A stretch of DNA of 64,000 nucleotides, taken from the NCBI GenBank assembly GCA_907165135.1, contig OU015568.1, positions 4,836,001-4,900,000 on the forward strand. The letters run 5' to 3'. The notes beneath the pieces are model-generated. The model saw only the letters and a list, made by a program, of their open reading frames with translations. It made no database searches and was not told where the DNA came from. Made by a program: the position numbers and the translations under genes. This document shows, one piece after another, positions 49,797 to 62,396 of the stretch (positions are counted from its first letter, which is position 1; each line of letters begins with the position of its first letter). The stretch comes from Oikopleura dioica (lineage: Eukaryota; Animalia; Chordata).

Positions 49797-50417
49797 GTCT
49801 TATCAATCGCTAGAATTTAAAATTTCCACTTATCAGTTCTTTCACTGTAAATAATAAACAATATTCGCACAGTCTAGTCCTTGTTGATTCCTTGTCTTAT
49901 AACCGCTTGATATGTCCGCTAATCAAATCCAGTTCCAGGCGATTTCAAAAAAGTGGTTTTCCAAAAAAAGTACCAGCACTGCCCTTTCAAAAGGCGCAAA
50001 AATCCCATTCCAGGCAATTCCTTCAATTAGCTTCATTTTCTGAACCGCTCATTACCTCTCCGCACGAGTCATTTTCGCGCAACTCAGATTTATTAGCGTG
50101 AAAGTTTGCAGCGGAGGAAATATTCAACGAAATAATGCAAAAATGCCGCGGCGTAAGAGCGGCTCAAGATTTTTTTGATGAATCAAAGAAGCTTTTTTTT
50201 AGAAAGAACATCATCATTTTTCATGGAACGAATTTCGTTCTACGAAAAGTAAAAACGGTAAAGGGAAATGACAAGGCGTAAGTCGTGTCGAATTAGCATT
50301 TCTTCAAATTTTCATCATCGCCATCGATTTTCAAAGCACTTCCAAATACAACGCTTGATGAAAAATGCGCATAACGAGGTTGAAAATTCATCAAAAATGA
50401 TGCCATCAAGTCTTATA

Positions 50418-52435
50418 TTCTCCCCCGCCTTGGAGCCTCACTGCATCATTTTTGAAAAATTGGAAGGTTTTGAAAAATAGTGACGTGGAGGCATCTTTAA
50501 ACTCTGTTCAGAGAAAAAAACAGTACTTAATTGGTTTGAGAAACTCGACGAATTTGGTCGGAATTCGGCTCGGAAATTGGCGCAAGAGGAGGATTTGGAT
50601 TCATACTTCTTAGATTTTCTGTTTTTCGCGTTTTTCGGAGGCCGTTTTCTTTTTCAAATCGTCGGATTTTGTCCGAATATATTGCTGGATTCTGGTACCA
50701 ATGAAGCGCCACTGAATTAATAAGCGAGCAAAGCCTTTATCATTATTTACTTTTGTATTTTTCCAAATTTCTGTTGGCAAACTCCAATTTTTCTTCAAAA
50801 TCTTCGATCATCTTTTTGTTTTCTTCAGCCTGATCAAGCTGGTCAAGGAGATCAGAGTTTTCCTCGGTGAGTTTTTGAATCTCAGCGTCAGCCAGGACTT
50901 TTTGGCTTTGGACTCGAGCAAGTTGAATTTGATGCTGTTCCATTTTCTTTGAGATGCTCTTGTTTTCTTCGCGAAGAGATTGAAGCTCATTTTGCTCTAG
51001 ACCAGAAAATGAAGCCAGCTTGAGAAAAAGGATCTACCTGAGTCTTCTTTTTTTGACTCTGCTTTGGCAAAATCAGCTTTGAGTATTTTGAGCTGCTTCA
51101 TAAAGTCATCCTTTTCGAATTTCACCTTCTCCAGCTCGTTGATATTCAAATTCTGAGACAAATATATGCAATATAAAAATTTTGTCAGACCTACAATTTT
51201 CTTTTCTTGTCGATTATTTGTCGATTTCAGAACTCGAAGCTCTTCTTCAAGCTCTTTATTCTTTTGCTTCAACTCTCCTACGATTCTTTCGTTTTCGTCA
51301 TGACCCGCTTCCAGCTTTCTGTTTTCTTCTCTGAGTCTCTCCAGCTCGGAGTTTTCTTGCATTTCTAAGCAAAAATAAGGAATTTCGAATAATCTTAATT
51401 TACCAAAATTCATCTTCTCGTCTTGAAGTTGAATAACTCGAGCTTTAAGTTTTTGAATCTCGCTTTCTTGAGCTTCGATTTTCCGGGCATTTTCATCGTT
51501 GAAATTTTTATCTTCCATTACTGATAAAAAATAAAAATTAAAATATTTTTGTTGAATTTACCCGCTTGAATTCTCGAAATTTGCAATTCATTGATTAAAA
51601 TTCTTATTTCACTTTTCAGCGTCGAAACATATTCTTCGTTTTCTTGCTTGATTTTTGCTTCGTTTTCGCTGAATCTGATTTCTGATTGAAGCCGCTCGAC
51701 TTTCATCATTTCAAGGTAGTTTTTCATCTTCGCGATTTCCTTCTCTTGCTCTTCAATTTTTCTCGCGTTATTTTCATTTTGCTCCTTCATCATTTTGAAT
51801 TGCTCGTTTTCCTGTGAATCGGAACTTCTTTTCTGATTCTGGAGTCGTTCCAGCTCGACCTGCAGCAGGTACATTTCGTTATCAACTGTATGTCGGCTTC
51901 TAGAGCAGTTGTCGAGCTCAGTTTGTTGCTCCATGAGTCGGGATTCGAGTTGGTAATTGATGTTTTTGAGTTCTTCGATTTTTGCTTGAGATCTTCTATT
52001 TCTTTTGATGACTCATATTTTCTAACGTCAATTATGGGGCAATAATTAGCTAGTCTTATGAAAAGAAATCGAAGAATCAAAGTCAAGAAAATCAATAAAT
52101 GACATAATCTTGCAAGATTTATGGTTTTGGAAATAAATAAAAAAGCAAATTTGATCATTAATTAAGTCGTTCCTATGGATCTTTCATGCTGTTGAGCCAG
52201 GGTCGTCTTTTCCCTTATCATTGTAAATTGCCGTTGAAGTCGCTTTCGACCGATTAAAAGGACGGGTTAATTTCTCCTGTCAAACCGCTAAGTGCCTCTC
52301 TGTAATCAGTTCCTGCGGCTCATAAATATACTCGACTCCAACTTGGAAGTGCTCGTCGTGCAATAATCGCACTGCCTCTTTCAGATTTTCGTTCTCTTCT
52401 CGCAAAAGCTCATTTTCAAGTTGCAATTCTTCCAT
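50418..52435 (-). CDS. Coiled-coil protein of unknown function (exon joins not fully resolved; could be two genes or degenerate)
   Basis: Successive Glu/Lys/Leu heptad-rich ORFs (51518-51934, 50997-51518, 50743-50943) separated by short intron-like gaps. Confidence 0.5.
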
Positions 52436-54101
52436 TCTTGAAGTTTTCCTACGGTCATAATAAAATGCGATCAGTAGTTAGGAATTCTCCCCCTTGTTTT
52501 TTCGGGCCCGATAAAATAAACAAATAGAAACGATCTTTATTGTAGCGACGTTTTACTTTTATTTACATGAAAATGTGACAGAATAATCGTTCAAAAATTC
52601 TATTTTCGATCAATGAGCTGGCTAAGCTAAGCTATTTCCAAAAAGGGGGGCCATTTTTTCGCCGAAAATTCTTATTAAAATTCGTCGAAGGGGAGTTGTC
52701 TCGAACCGACGAAAAATCTCGACAGATTTTGCGTGGAAAGTTTACGCCAATCAGAAGCCTGGACTTTTCTTATGGACCAATCCGCAGCCGAGTAGCCACC
52801 CACTCAAAATTTGTCGAAAATTTGCGTGAGCGGCTACTCGCCTGGTCATTGGATGGTTTGCCGAATTCAGGCTTCTGATTGGTTGAAAATTTCCAAGCAA
52901 GATTTGTCCGGATTTTTGTCGGTTCCTAAAAACTTCCCATTTTTTGTCCTTTTTTCCTCGAAGCCGCAAGCGGCTTTTTGCTCCTTAGCCGTCAAAATCA
53001 AGGAACTGTATTTCTGTCTTTTGAATATACAGAAAAAGACGCGTCCGTTTCTTGAATTTGGTTTGCGTCTACAAGAAGCTCTAGTAGTAAATTCAAGCTG
53101 AAACGCGTAACAAGGATGTAAAAAAGGGCGCAGCTGCTTTTTCGAGAAGCGAAAAATTCGGAATTCAAGTGTTCTAAAAATTAATCAACAACTCTTAGTT
53201 GTCCTTTTTTTCGACGGTAGCTGTTGCGGAGAAAGACGAGCGCGGCGGATAATAAATCGAATTTGTGATATTTTTAAATTCTCATCTGGAGATCTGGAAT
53301 GTCCCGATCCAGTTTCATTACAGAAGGTGTCCACGTGATGAAATTAAGGTGCCACAGGCTTCTAAACGATCACACGTTTCTAGAGCGTAAAAAAGAGTGC
53401 AGACCTCTCGCGATTGATGATAAGAGAGTAACGCCCTTATTGGAAAAATGATAATTTTTCGGGGTGGCGTCAGGAACCGAAAAAAAAAATTTCGACAAAT
53501 TTTGCGTTGCCGGCTTCTCGGCTTCTGATTGGCCGATGAGCCGAATCCAGGCCTCTGATTGGTTGAAAATTTCCACGCAAAATTTGTCGGGAAATGAATA
53601 AAAACAGCCATTGAAATATCATTTGGAGCTCAGAGCGATTAAAAAAAACGTGATTCTAAGAGTGCCCGATTACAGCGTAACCTGGGTCGCCGAGTGATTA
53701 ATCCCGAACCGGCCTTCTCGCAATCGGATCTTTTCATAATTCGAGAAATTATGCAGCGCCTTAAAACTTTTAATAAATCAAATATAACTCGTATTAAATT
53801 CCCTTGCCCAAATTCGATCACTTTGAAATTTTTGGGCCAAAAGTCGAAATTCGAAAAAATCTTCGAAGAAAGCACTTTTTTGGACAACGTGGTTCCGGTC
53901 GGAGGTACTTGAAAAACTGCCAGGAAAATCAAATAGGAGAGTAAGAGCACCTGTAATACTCCCTGCTTATCAAAAAGAGAGGAAAAATAGAATTGCGACA
54001 TGTCACATGTATGATATCTCTGAAATGTCTGGTAGACAGATTTTCGTGGGAAAATATTTTTGTCACGTGAGAGTTTTTATTTTGAGTAGGAAAAATGGGG
54101 A

Positions 54102-54947
54102 CTAGAAAAGACGGATAATTTGGACGTTTGTGAATTCTTTTCGGCAAATCGGACAGTTCTTTGGAGCCAGTTCAGTCAGGCACTTCAGGCAGGATCGATG
54201 GCCACAATGAAGGGTGGAATGGATTCTTTCATCGTTGTTGTACTTTTCGAAGCAAACGTTGCATTCTCCATTTTCCCCTGCAATTTCTTATTAAGAATTT
54301 CTTAATAAGATAGATTTTTTACCAAAAAATAAGTATTTTTTTTATTACGCGTCTTCGAGATCTTATTGTTAATCATCTCGACTGTCTTTTCAAGCAGAGC
54401 TCTGATTTCTGTGTCATCTTTTCTCGTCTCCTTATAAATTTTATCAGCTTCATCGACTGATTTTCTAGCTGCAATAAGAGCATCTTGAGCTTTTTTGCCT
54501 CTTTTTTGGTTTCAAGCATTTTTGCCAAATTTTGCTTTTGCTTAGAATCTGTTTGTTCTGTGAACTTGTTGGCAATTTCGAGGAGAAGATAATCGTCCCT
54601 TTCGAATGGATACATTTCACAGGCTTTTTGTAGTCACTGAAGCAGCAAATTCCGCTGACGAAATCGCGGAAGGAGAGATTCGTGTTCGAGCACTTTTTCG
54701 CAGGGCATTTGAAGGTCGAAGTAATGAGCTCTTGTTTTCCAGTGCTGAATTCATTTCGATGCCTGTTTTGTGCGCATGGAATACAGATTGGATCCCAATT
54801 TTTAAAGAACCACATTTTCTCAAAATAGCTAAAGAGCATATCAGCCTCATCAAATTAAATAAATAACCTTTTACAATAATAGCAATGACCACAACCCTGA
54901 TGATTGCTTTGATGGACAAACTCGTTTGCAATCGAAAATTTATCCAT
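54102..54947 (-). CDS. RING-HC zinc finger protein with N-terminal degenerate Cys cluster and central coiled coil
   Basis: Last exon ECNVCFEKY...LHCGHRSCLKCL...NCPICRKEF (C3HC4); N-terminus CYYC...ICIPC...CPAKKC. Confidence 0.85.
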
Positions 54948-55682
54948 TTTCGAAATATCTCTTCAAATTTCAAAAGAAAACCCAAATTTTATGTCTAAAA
55001 ATTCTGTTCGATTCGTAAAATATTAGTAAAAAATGCTTCAAAACGCAAATAAACGGGCGCAAATAGCATGGTATTTCATTTTCCCTTTTTCTAATAATTC
55101 ATCAATGCAAATAGTTACTGCGTTTTTGCAAAAAATGACAATTTGGCGATTTTGTGTTTGATTGTGTAATATATTTATTTGCATGAAAAAGTGTGTTTTT
55201 TAAATTCTTGGAAAAATCTTCTGATTCTTTTCGCTCTCCAACCATCGGCAGGCAGATCAATGGCCATCAAGTTTGTTTTCTTCATTTCGGCGAAAATCCT
55301 CAGCAGTTTCCAAAAAATGATGCGTTTTTAAAAAATGATTTTGTGTATCGGGCGAAATCAATATTTACAAAAATAATAATTATTCTATTTACAAAAGACA
55401 ATTTTAATTTTTAACCAAAAAGCCGCTAGAATTTTTGAAAAAAGATTTTTTTGACTCAAAAAATATAAAATTTTTTTAAAATTTTGACTCGAAAAACAGG
55501 TCGAGAAATATTTTGACTCGAAAAACCGACAAAAGGATACTGCATAAATTTGGACATTTTGAAAATATGTCGTTAATGTCAAAAAATCTAGCTTTTTTAT
55601 CGAAAAAATTCGGCTTTTTGGCGAAAAAATTGTTGTGCAATTTAAACATTTAGAAAAAAAAGAAACTCAGTAGAAGCTCGAA

Positions 55683-56978
55683 TTACTGGTTTCCAAGGCT
55701 AGTAATTTGCCCATCAACGCATTGGTTGTTGAGCGAGAGGAATGGCTTTCGTAGTGGGTAGTTGCCACAGCATTGGTCAGATCTAAAAGAAGGGTTAAAA
55801 AGGGGCTGGGGGAGACGGAGTCGTACGGTCCAGTGATGACTCGGGAAGCGGCGGGAGTTGGCTTCTCGCATTTTTCGTCGTAGATTCCATTTTCCATCAG
55901 CTTCCAGTTCGAGGGGGAGAATTCCGCGAAGTTTTGAGCTTTCATGGATCAAAATTTGGAACAAAAGGGTTTCAAATCATGAGCATAGGGATTGATAAAG
56001 TGAATCAAAAAACGCCCTTATCGTTGTTGACACCCTTAAAAATCGAGAAACATCAAAATAAAGCCGCACTCAACCAGCGGCTATCTGATGTTTACCGAAA
56101 AAGGAAAGCCGCGAGTGGCTTACGTTTCAAAAATAATATCAAGTCGGATTTTCGACTTTTTCGTCAGAAATTTTTTCTTTGTTTTTGATCCCTTAGCAAA
56201 GTTATCAGCAAAAGCTTTGTCGCACTCGCAGAGGTCTCGTTTGCAGTCGCCGTTGTTGGTCTCTTTCTTGTTCATTTTGTTCGTGCATTCGACTTCCATC
56301 GTTCCGTTGTTTCGCGTGAGTTTTGCCTTGTACTTGGTGGTGTGCGGGTTGCAGGTCTCTTCGGAGTAGTCGAGTTTGATGCAAGTGTGGCATTTGGAAA
56401 GCGCCTGGCAGCTAGAATCGAGAGCGTCGAGGGGAGTTCCGTAGCCGTTCAATTTGTCTTCAGCTCGGGCCCAGCAGTAGCAGCCGTATTCGTTGATGCG
56501 CTCAATGAATCGCTTCGGTCGGAGCTTCTCGCCGTTTTCGTCGAACATTGTGTCGAAGTTCACCTTTGCCAAAATCATCGTCATTCGCTGAGATCGTCGC
56601 TTGGTGCGCTCGATTCCGTCGCCGTCGGAGAGACTCATGATTTCTTGAGCCCAGGAGAGGTTTTCGGGAGTTCGCTCGAGGCAGAATCCCTCGAAATCGA
56701 GCTCATTTGGGCCGCAAGCTGAAAAAAATTTTTAATAAAAAAATTATTTTTTTATTTCAAAATTCTAAATAAAAATATTTTTTTCACTAACTTAAAAAAA
56801 ATATTAATTTTTATTCGAAAATCAATCAAATTTTTAATTCAAATTTTGTCAGAAATTTTTTTTCTATCTTTTTATTCAAATTTATGTTAAAATAATATAA
56901 TTAATAAAAACCATAATTTTACTTACAGGTTTCGTCTTGGGCAAGGGCAAAAGCAGCGATAGTAGCAAACAATCTCAT
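55683..56978 (-). CDS. Secreted phospholipase A2-fold protein, catalytic residues substituted
   Basis: Signal MRLFATIAAFALA; YGCYC...GYGTPLDALDSSCQALSKCHTC...DLCECDKAFA; C-terminal CCGNYPLRKPF. Confidence 0.8.
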
Positions 56979-59900
56979 TTTTTCTGTCTTCTTCGTTTTT
57001 TTTGACTGCGAAAAAGCGCTAACGATGAAATTCAAACTTTTTTCAAAAAGTGGCAAAAGACGAATTCGTACTTTCTTTCTTGCTTGTATCGGAGATGATT
57101 GACGATGACGCGCTTGGTCGTTTTTTATATACGCGGCCGCTAGCGGACAAATGGCGCTGGTGAGCAGCGAGTTTTCACGAGCGCCGCGGTGGATCGAACG
57201 CGCGCTCAGACGTACCACCACCGCGAGATCAAAAACCGGCGACAGGGGGATTAAACTTGTTCGAGGGAGACTACCGGTTGGGGAATGACGACCAAGGTCA
57301 TCTTTTGCTGTAATATTTTCGAGTCAAGTAACGTAGAGGACATTCAAGGGCGGAAGCCAATAAGAGTCGCACTTTTCGAGTATTTTTTTTCCTTAGTTAA
57401 CAAAGTGATACGGTATCATTGATACCCTTAATTTTCAATCGAAAAGTTGGACTTCGATAAAGCTTGTTTATTGGTTAGAGCTTCAAATTTAGAGAATTTA
57501 TTACAGATTTATAGCAGAATTTCAACTACCGGGTCGATCTAACAGCTTTTTTTCGAATATTAAGGGTGTCAGCATTGTATTTTAACTGTCGAAAATCATT
57601 TAAAGTTGAATTTTCGGCCTGTTTTTGATAAGTAGGGCCGAACGAATATCGCTTCAACCTTTTTGATGTTAGAAAAACAGTTAAAATCGGCGATGGAACA
57701 TGATTTGCCACCTTTACCGCGGTTTTACGACCATCAGCGGCCAGACGTGCCCGCCAAGACGTTTTGAAGACCAATCATTAGAACGATAAGGCCAGACCTA
57801 AACGTCAAAAACACGTCGTTCGGGCTGAAATTTTTTATGCAGATGCGAAGAAGCTGAACCTAAAAGGGGATAGGAGGGGCTTTTTATTGACTTTCAAAAT
57901 TTTTGAAGATTCATAAGAAATATTTTATTTAGAAACTGTTCTCAGAAAAATGAGAAAATGTCGCATCTTGAAGCAAATCAAGCTTCATTTCGTGGAGAAG
58001 CTTCTTTAGCGGCAACTCTGCGCTGTCTTTTTGATCCAAGATGATTTTCTTGAGACTCTTCTTGTTTTGGTTTTCCTCAAATTCTTGGGGTGCCATGTAG
58101 CCATGAGCATATATGAAGTCTTCGTCGTCGTTGAAACTCTTCATTGTCGACCAATCTTAGTGAATTTATTAGTAGAGAGTTACAGCGACTTTCCGCGATA
58201 ACGAAAATTTTTATCAAGATCTGATTGGCCGAGAAAAAATTTTTGAAACGAGCCAATCAGGCGAGAGAAAGAAATTCTTCGTTATCGAGGTAAAAAGTTG
58301 TAGAAAAAATATTTTGACTCAAAAAAGAATAAAGTAAAAAAATCCTTACAAACCTAAATTATCCCTTGCAAAGCAAAATGAAAAAAGCAAAATATGAGAA
58401 ACTCTCATTTTTCGAAAAAAAAGGAAATGATTTTCTCACTCTATCTATTTGAGTGGTGAATGAGTTGGATCAAATCAAATTGAACCGATTTGTATTTTGC
58501 TCAATTTGAATTTTGACGCGCGCAGATTGCCAAAAGCCCCTTATTTCGAAGAAACCGTATGTCCTCGCAGTTCGTAATAGGGAGGGTCTTATCGTTTTTT
58601 TCGTAGTACGGATAAAAGTTTCGGCAAACGCGACCGAAATGAAAGTCACTTGGGAAGGCATAAATGTGATAAATATTTCGGCAGCCTGCCGAAATATTAA
58701 TACAAATTTCACTCATTTTTCTGGCAAAACATTTCGGCACGAGCCGAAACAAAAATCAGAATTAAGGTGGTAGAAACAGCTTTTTTGAAAAAAGCCGATT
58801 TTTGAACAGCGCCCAAGCTCACCCAACCTTAGATTTTTAAATTCTCTCTTCGATTTAAGTTAGATCTATCTTAGATCTAAGAGCATCTGTTTTTAAAATT
58901 ATTTTTTGTTTCGCCAGTTTAGCGCTAGAGAGCGAAACATCAACCCATCTCCTCCAAAGTCCCGATTTTTGCCCATTTTCAAACACAATTATCTCGAGTC
59001 ATGTGATGAACCGAGAATTTAAAATTTCATTTTTAGATAGTTCAACCCTTTTTCTAGGAGCATCTATGATTGAAATTGCGTAATCATGAAAAATGATAAT
59101 GTTGCGAGGCCGATTGAAATTTGGGTCTCAAATTTTCAAAATTTTGAGTTTTAAACACCATTTTTTTGTGATACCCTTAAGTTATGGTCCTACCAAAATT
59201 ATTCAAGATGATCATGTGATCCAAGCAAATCTATCCTTTTCGCATTTATCCCCTTATAAAACGATTTTAACTGTCCCTAAATTTCGAAAAACTCAAATTT
59301 GCGCCAAAATTTCAATTTTAAAGGCAATTTTAAAAGCGTTCCAACAAAGTTAGAATAAAGTTTTTGATAAAAATTATATTCTTCATGCATTGCGTTATCA
59401 AAATCTTTAAAAAAATTTTTAAAATTCCTTCTTTGGCAAAAGCTGTTTCTACCCCCTTAACCGCCTTCAAAGCAAAAAAGTTTCGGCAGGCTTTTTCATT
59501 CTCATCCTGATGCGCGCTGGTATGCACGTCCAATGAATGTTCATTACCAAAATCTAGAGTTCTTCTCTTCTCGCATATTTAGAACTTCTGAATCAGAAGA
59601 GTTTTTTTCTAGCGCTTCACTCTTCATTCTGCAAAAATAGATGCATTCGAGGATGATTATGCCCCGATTAGAAAAGCAAAGAAAAAGTTGAGGCTCCCCC
59701 AAAGATATATTTTCGATATAAAAAATTAAAAGCGTAGTATTGGCTTAAATAAATGTTAGGGTTAGGGGGCACCTGCAAAATGACGGAATAAATTACCCGA
59801 GGGGGATAGGCTAGGGTTAGTTAGGGTTACCAAAGGTAACCCTAAGTAACCCTAGACTAGACCCCGGCATCTTAGGACCGAGGGGCGGAGCCCCGAGGTA

Positions 59901-60079
59901 AGGGACAATTAGATTTGATAATTTTTTAGAAAACATATTATTGAAATATCTAGCTTAATGATTTAAAAATAAAGGAAAATCGAGTGCAGGAAATCTCCCT
60001 TTTTGATAAGCAATTTTTGCTTATCCGACCTTAATCCTTCTTGAACCAATTTTCTTCAAATCGATGTTATGCAATGTTT

Positions 60080-60250
60080 TTCATTTGCCGAAATATTTTT
60101 ACTAGAAACGAACTAAAGAGTGAAAAAAGTTTCGGCAGCTTGCCGAAATGTTTTTGCAAAAAAAGAGTGAAAAAGTGAAGAAAGTTTCGGCTATTGCCGA
60201 AATATTTATCAGAAAATGACCTCACAATATTTCGGCAATCTGCCGAAACA
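60080..60250. repeat. Array of TTTCGGC-N4/5-GCCGAAA dyads
   Basis: Copies at 60130, 60185, 60230; also 58676 and 58732. Confidence 0.6.
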
Positions 60251-61584
60251 TTTATCCCTACTACCGTTTTTTTTAGTTTTATCAGTGATTGGAACCGGCA
60301 ATTGCGTCAAGGATTGGCGCCAGTTTTTGTCTCTTCTGCCTGTCAAGAACCCGGATCTCCACCGTCGTGGTAAGAAGATTATGATCGAATCGTTTATGCA
60401 AAAGTCTCCGAAAGGAGATGATAGTCCATGTTGATGATGCTCTTTTTTTTTGGAGTCGGATCTGTCGAAAGTCGGAAAAAATTTTGAACTCTTCAGTTTT
60501 CGAGCTCCATCCTTTATCGAAAGACTGTTTTATGAACTAGAAATATTATATTATATTATATTAACAGCTGATGGCCTAAGTCATCCTCTTAGCTGCCGAA
60601 TGTATTGCCTTGTTCAAGCTTTTAGCCACGTGGCCTTACACTTTAAAGAAATAAAAATCTATTTTTTTGAATGAAAATTTCTGACTCAGAGAAGAATTAT
60701 TGAAATCGCAAATGAGGTGAATCTTTACATCAAATTTATTCTTCAAAAATCATAAAATATGATTCATGAAATAACAATTCTCGATGCAAATTTTTTTTTG
60801 CCTCTTTGTTTTTAATAAGTGCACGTTTTTCGCGTTCTTCGAAAACTTTCTTCTAAATTTTTTGCTTTCGAAATTCCGAAGCTTTCTTGTTTTTCGATGA
60901 AGCAAGATGAAATTACAAGAATTTAAGAATTTTAGGCATTTTACGACGATTTCGCATGGATTTGTGTTGATTTCGCTAATGAGCAGTTTGGAGGAGGATT
61001 ATTACGAGGAGATAAACAAGCTCATTACAAGCTAATTGACGATTTGACGAGTTTAAAGGTAGCTTCGTGAAAAGAGACGTAATCACGTTGAGAGGAGGAG
61101 AGATTAAAGAGAAGTGATTGGATAGCACTTCCGATCTGAGGGTGGAGATTTGTGTAAGGAAACCTTTCCAGAAGAAATATTTTCGTTAGAGGGTCTAAAC
61201 GGCTTATCGCTTTTTAGAAACATCAAACGAGATTGCGCAAAAAAAGCTGAAGGAAAAGATGAGTCGAGAAAAAATTTAGGTATTTCCCATTTTAACCGGC
61301 AAAAAAACTTCGACGAATTTTGCGTAGGCGGCTTTTTAGCTGCTCATCGGCCGGTTAGCCAAATCAAGGCTTTTGATTGGTTGAAAATTTCCACGCAAAA
61401 TTTGTCTTAATTTTTTTGTCGGTTAAAGAGGGAAATACCTAAATTTCTAGTCGACTCATCTTTTTTTCAGTTTTTTTTGGGGACCCCTCAAAGCGAAGGA
61501 TTCTAGTGAACTCTTTCTCATTATTTGCTTATTCGAAAATTCCCCTAAGCTGTCATTTCAGACGCTAAAAACGAGCGACGAGTA

Positions 61585-62396
61585 CAGTCGACTCTGGCAA
61601 TTACGAGTAGCAGAATTACGAGTATTTTGACAAAAACCCGCCAATTTTGAAAACAAGGGATCATCGACCGAAAATAATTTTTTTCGAAAAAATTGAGAAT
61701 GCTTGATTTTAATCATTAACCCGCTAACAGGGTGGTCGATTTTGCCTACGCTTTTGCCTGTCTGTGATTGAGTGAAAACATGGATCCGGGCATGCGATTG
61801 GCTACTCATTTCCACGCGTGGCCGTGAGACGGCCACGCGCCTGTTACCGGGTTAAATCGTTGGCTTAAGAGTCTCCGGCTCTTCAGATGGTTTTAAAGCA
61901 GCTTCAACAGATTGAAAATTTGCATTATTTTTTTTATGAAAGTCTCTGAATATTATTTTAATTTTTCGTTGACAAAAAACTTTCCAAAGGGGTACGGTGG
62001 TAGCTTAGAGCCTTAGCTCTCTCCTGAAAAAAATTAAGGGTTTCCCTCAGCTTAAATCCCTGAAAAAGCTTGATCCTATCAACCTGATCTTTAACGGCCT
62101 GTATATCATTGAGGAGGTAGAACTAGATTTTTTGAACAACCGTGATTTTCGGGATCATCATAAGGGAAGCGTTTGTAGTCGAGTGTTAAATTCGAGTTCC
62201 AATTAAATTAAGGGTGTAAATAAGATAGCTTCGGAGAAATACTAGCTCCAAGGAGGCCCATTTTCGCAATTCTTGATGGGGGGTCCTTAAAAATGAAATC
62301 GAGAGAAAATCGAGCCAAATTTTCCAACTCGGAGAATTACGAGTATTTCACGAAATTCCCGACAAAAAAAGGCTCGTAATTGCCAGAGTCGACTCG
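61585..62396. mobile_element. Non-autonomous pogo/Tigger-like element
   Basis: TA-CAGTCGACTCTGGCAATTACGAG at left, CTCGTAATTGCCAGAGTCGACT at right (right terminus/TA degenerate); subterminal GAATTACGAGTATTT repeats. Confidence 0.65.

Noticed and set aside
53694-53912. 72-aa plus-strand ORF
   Set aside because: No motif, no ATG context or splice support
57700-58144. ORF 57929-58144 and downstream exon-like pieces; also a possible 57561-59177 TTAA-bounded element
   Set aside because: Could not build a stop-free spliced model or recognise a domain; the two ends match over only ~8 bp and no transposase motif was seen
59755-59860. TTAGGG/CCCTAA telomere-like words (also ~11092, 20598, 21209)
   Set aside because: Only one or two units each, embedded in repeat-like DNA; not a telomeric array
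59400-60434. Coding-looking fragments on both strands
   Set aside because: Frames could not be joined and no family signature; left unannotated
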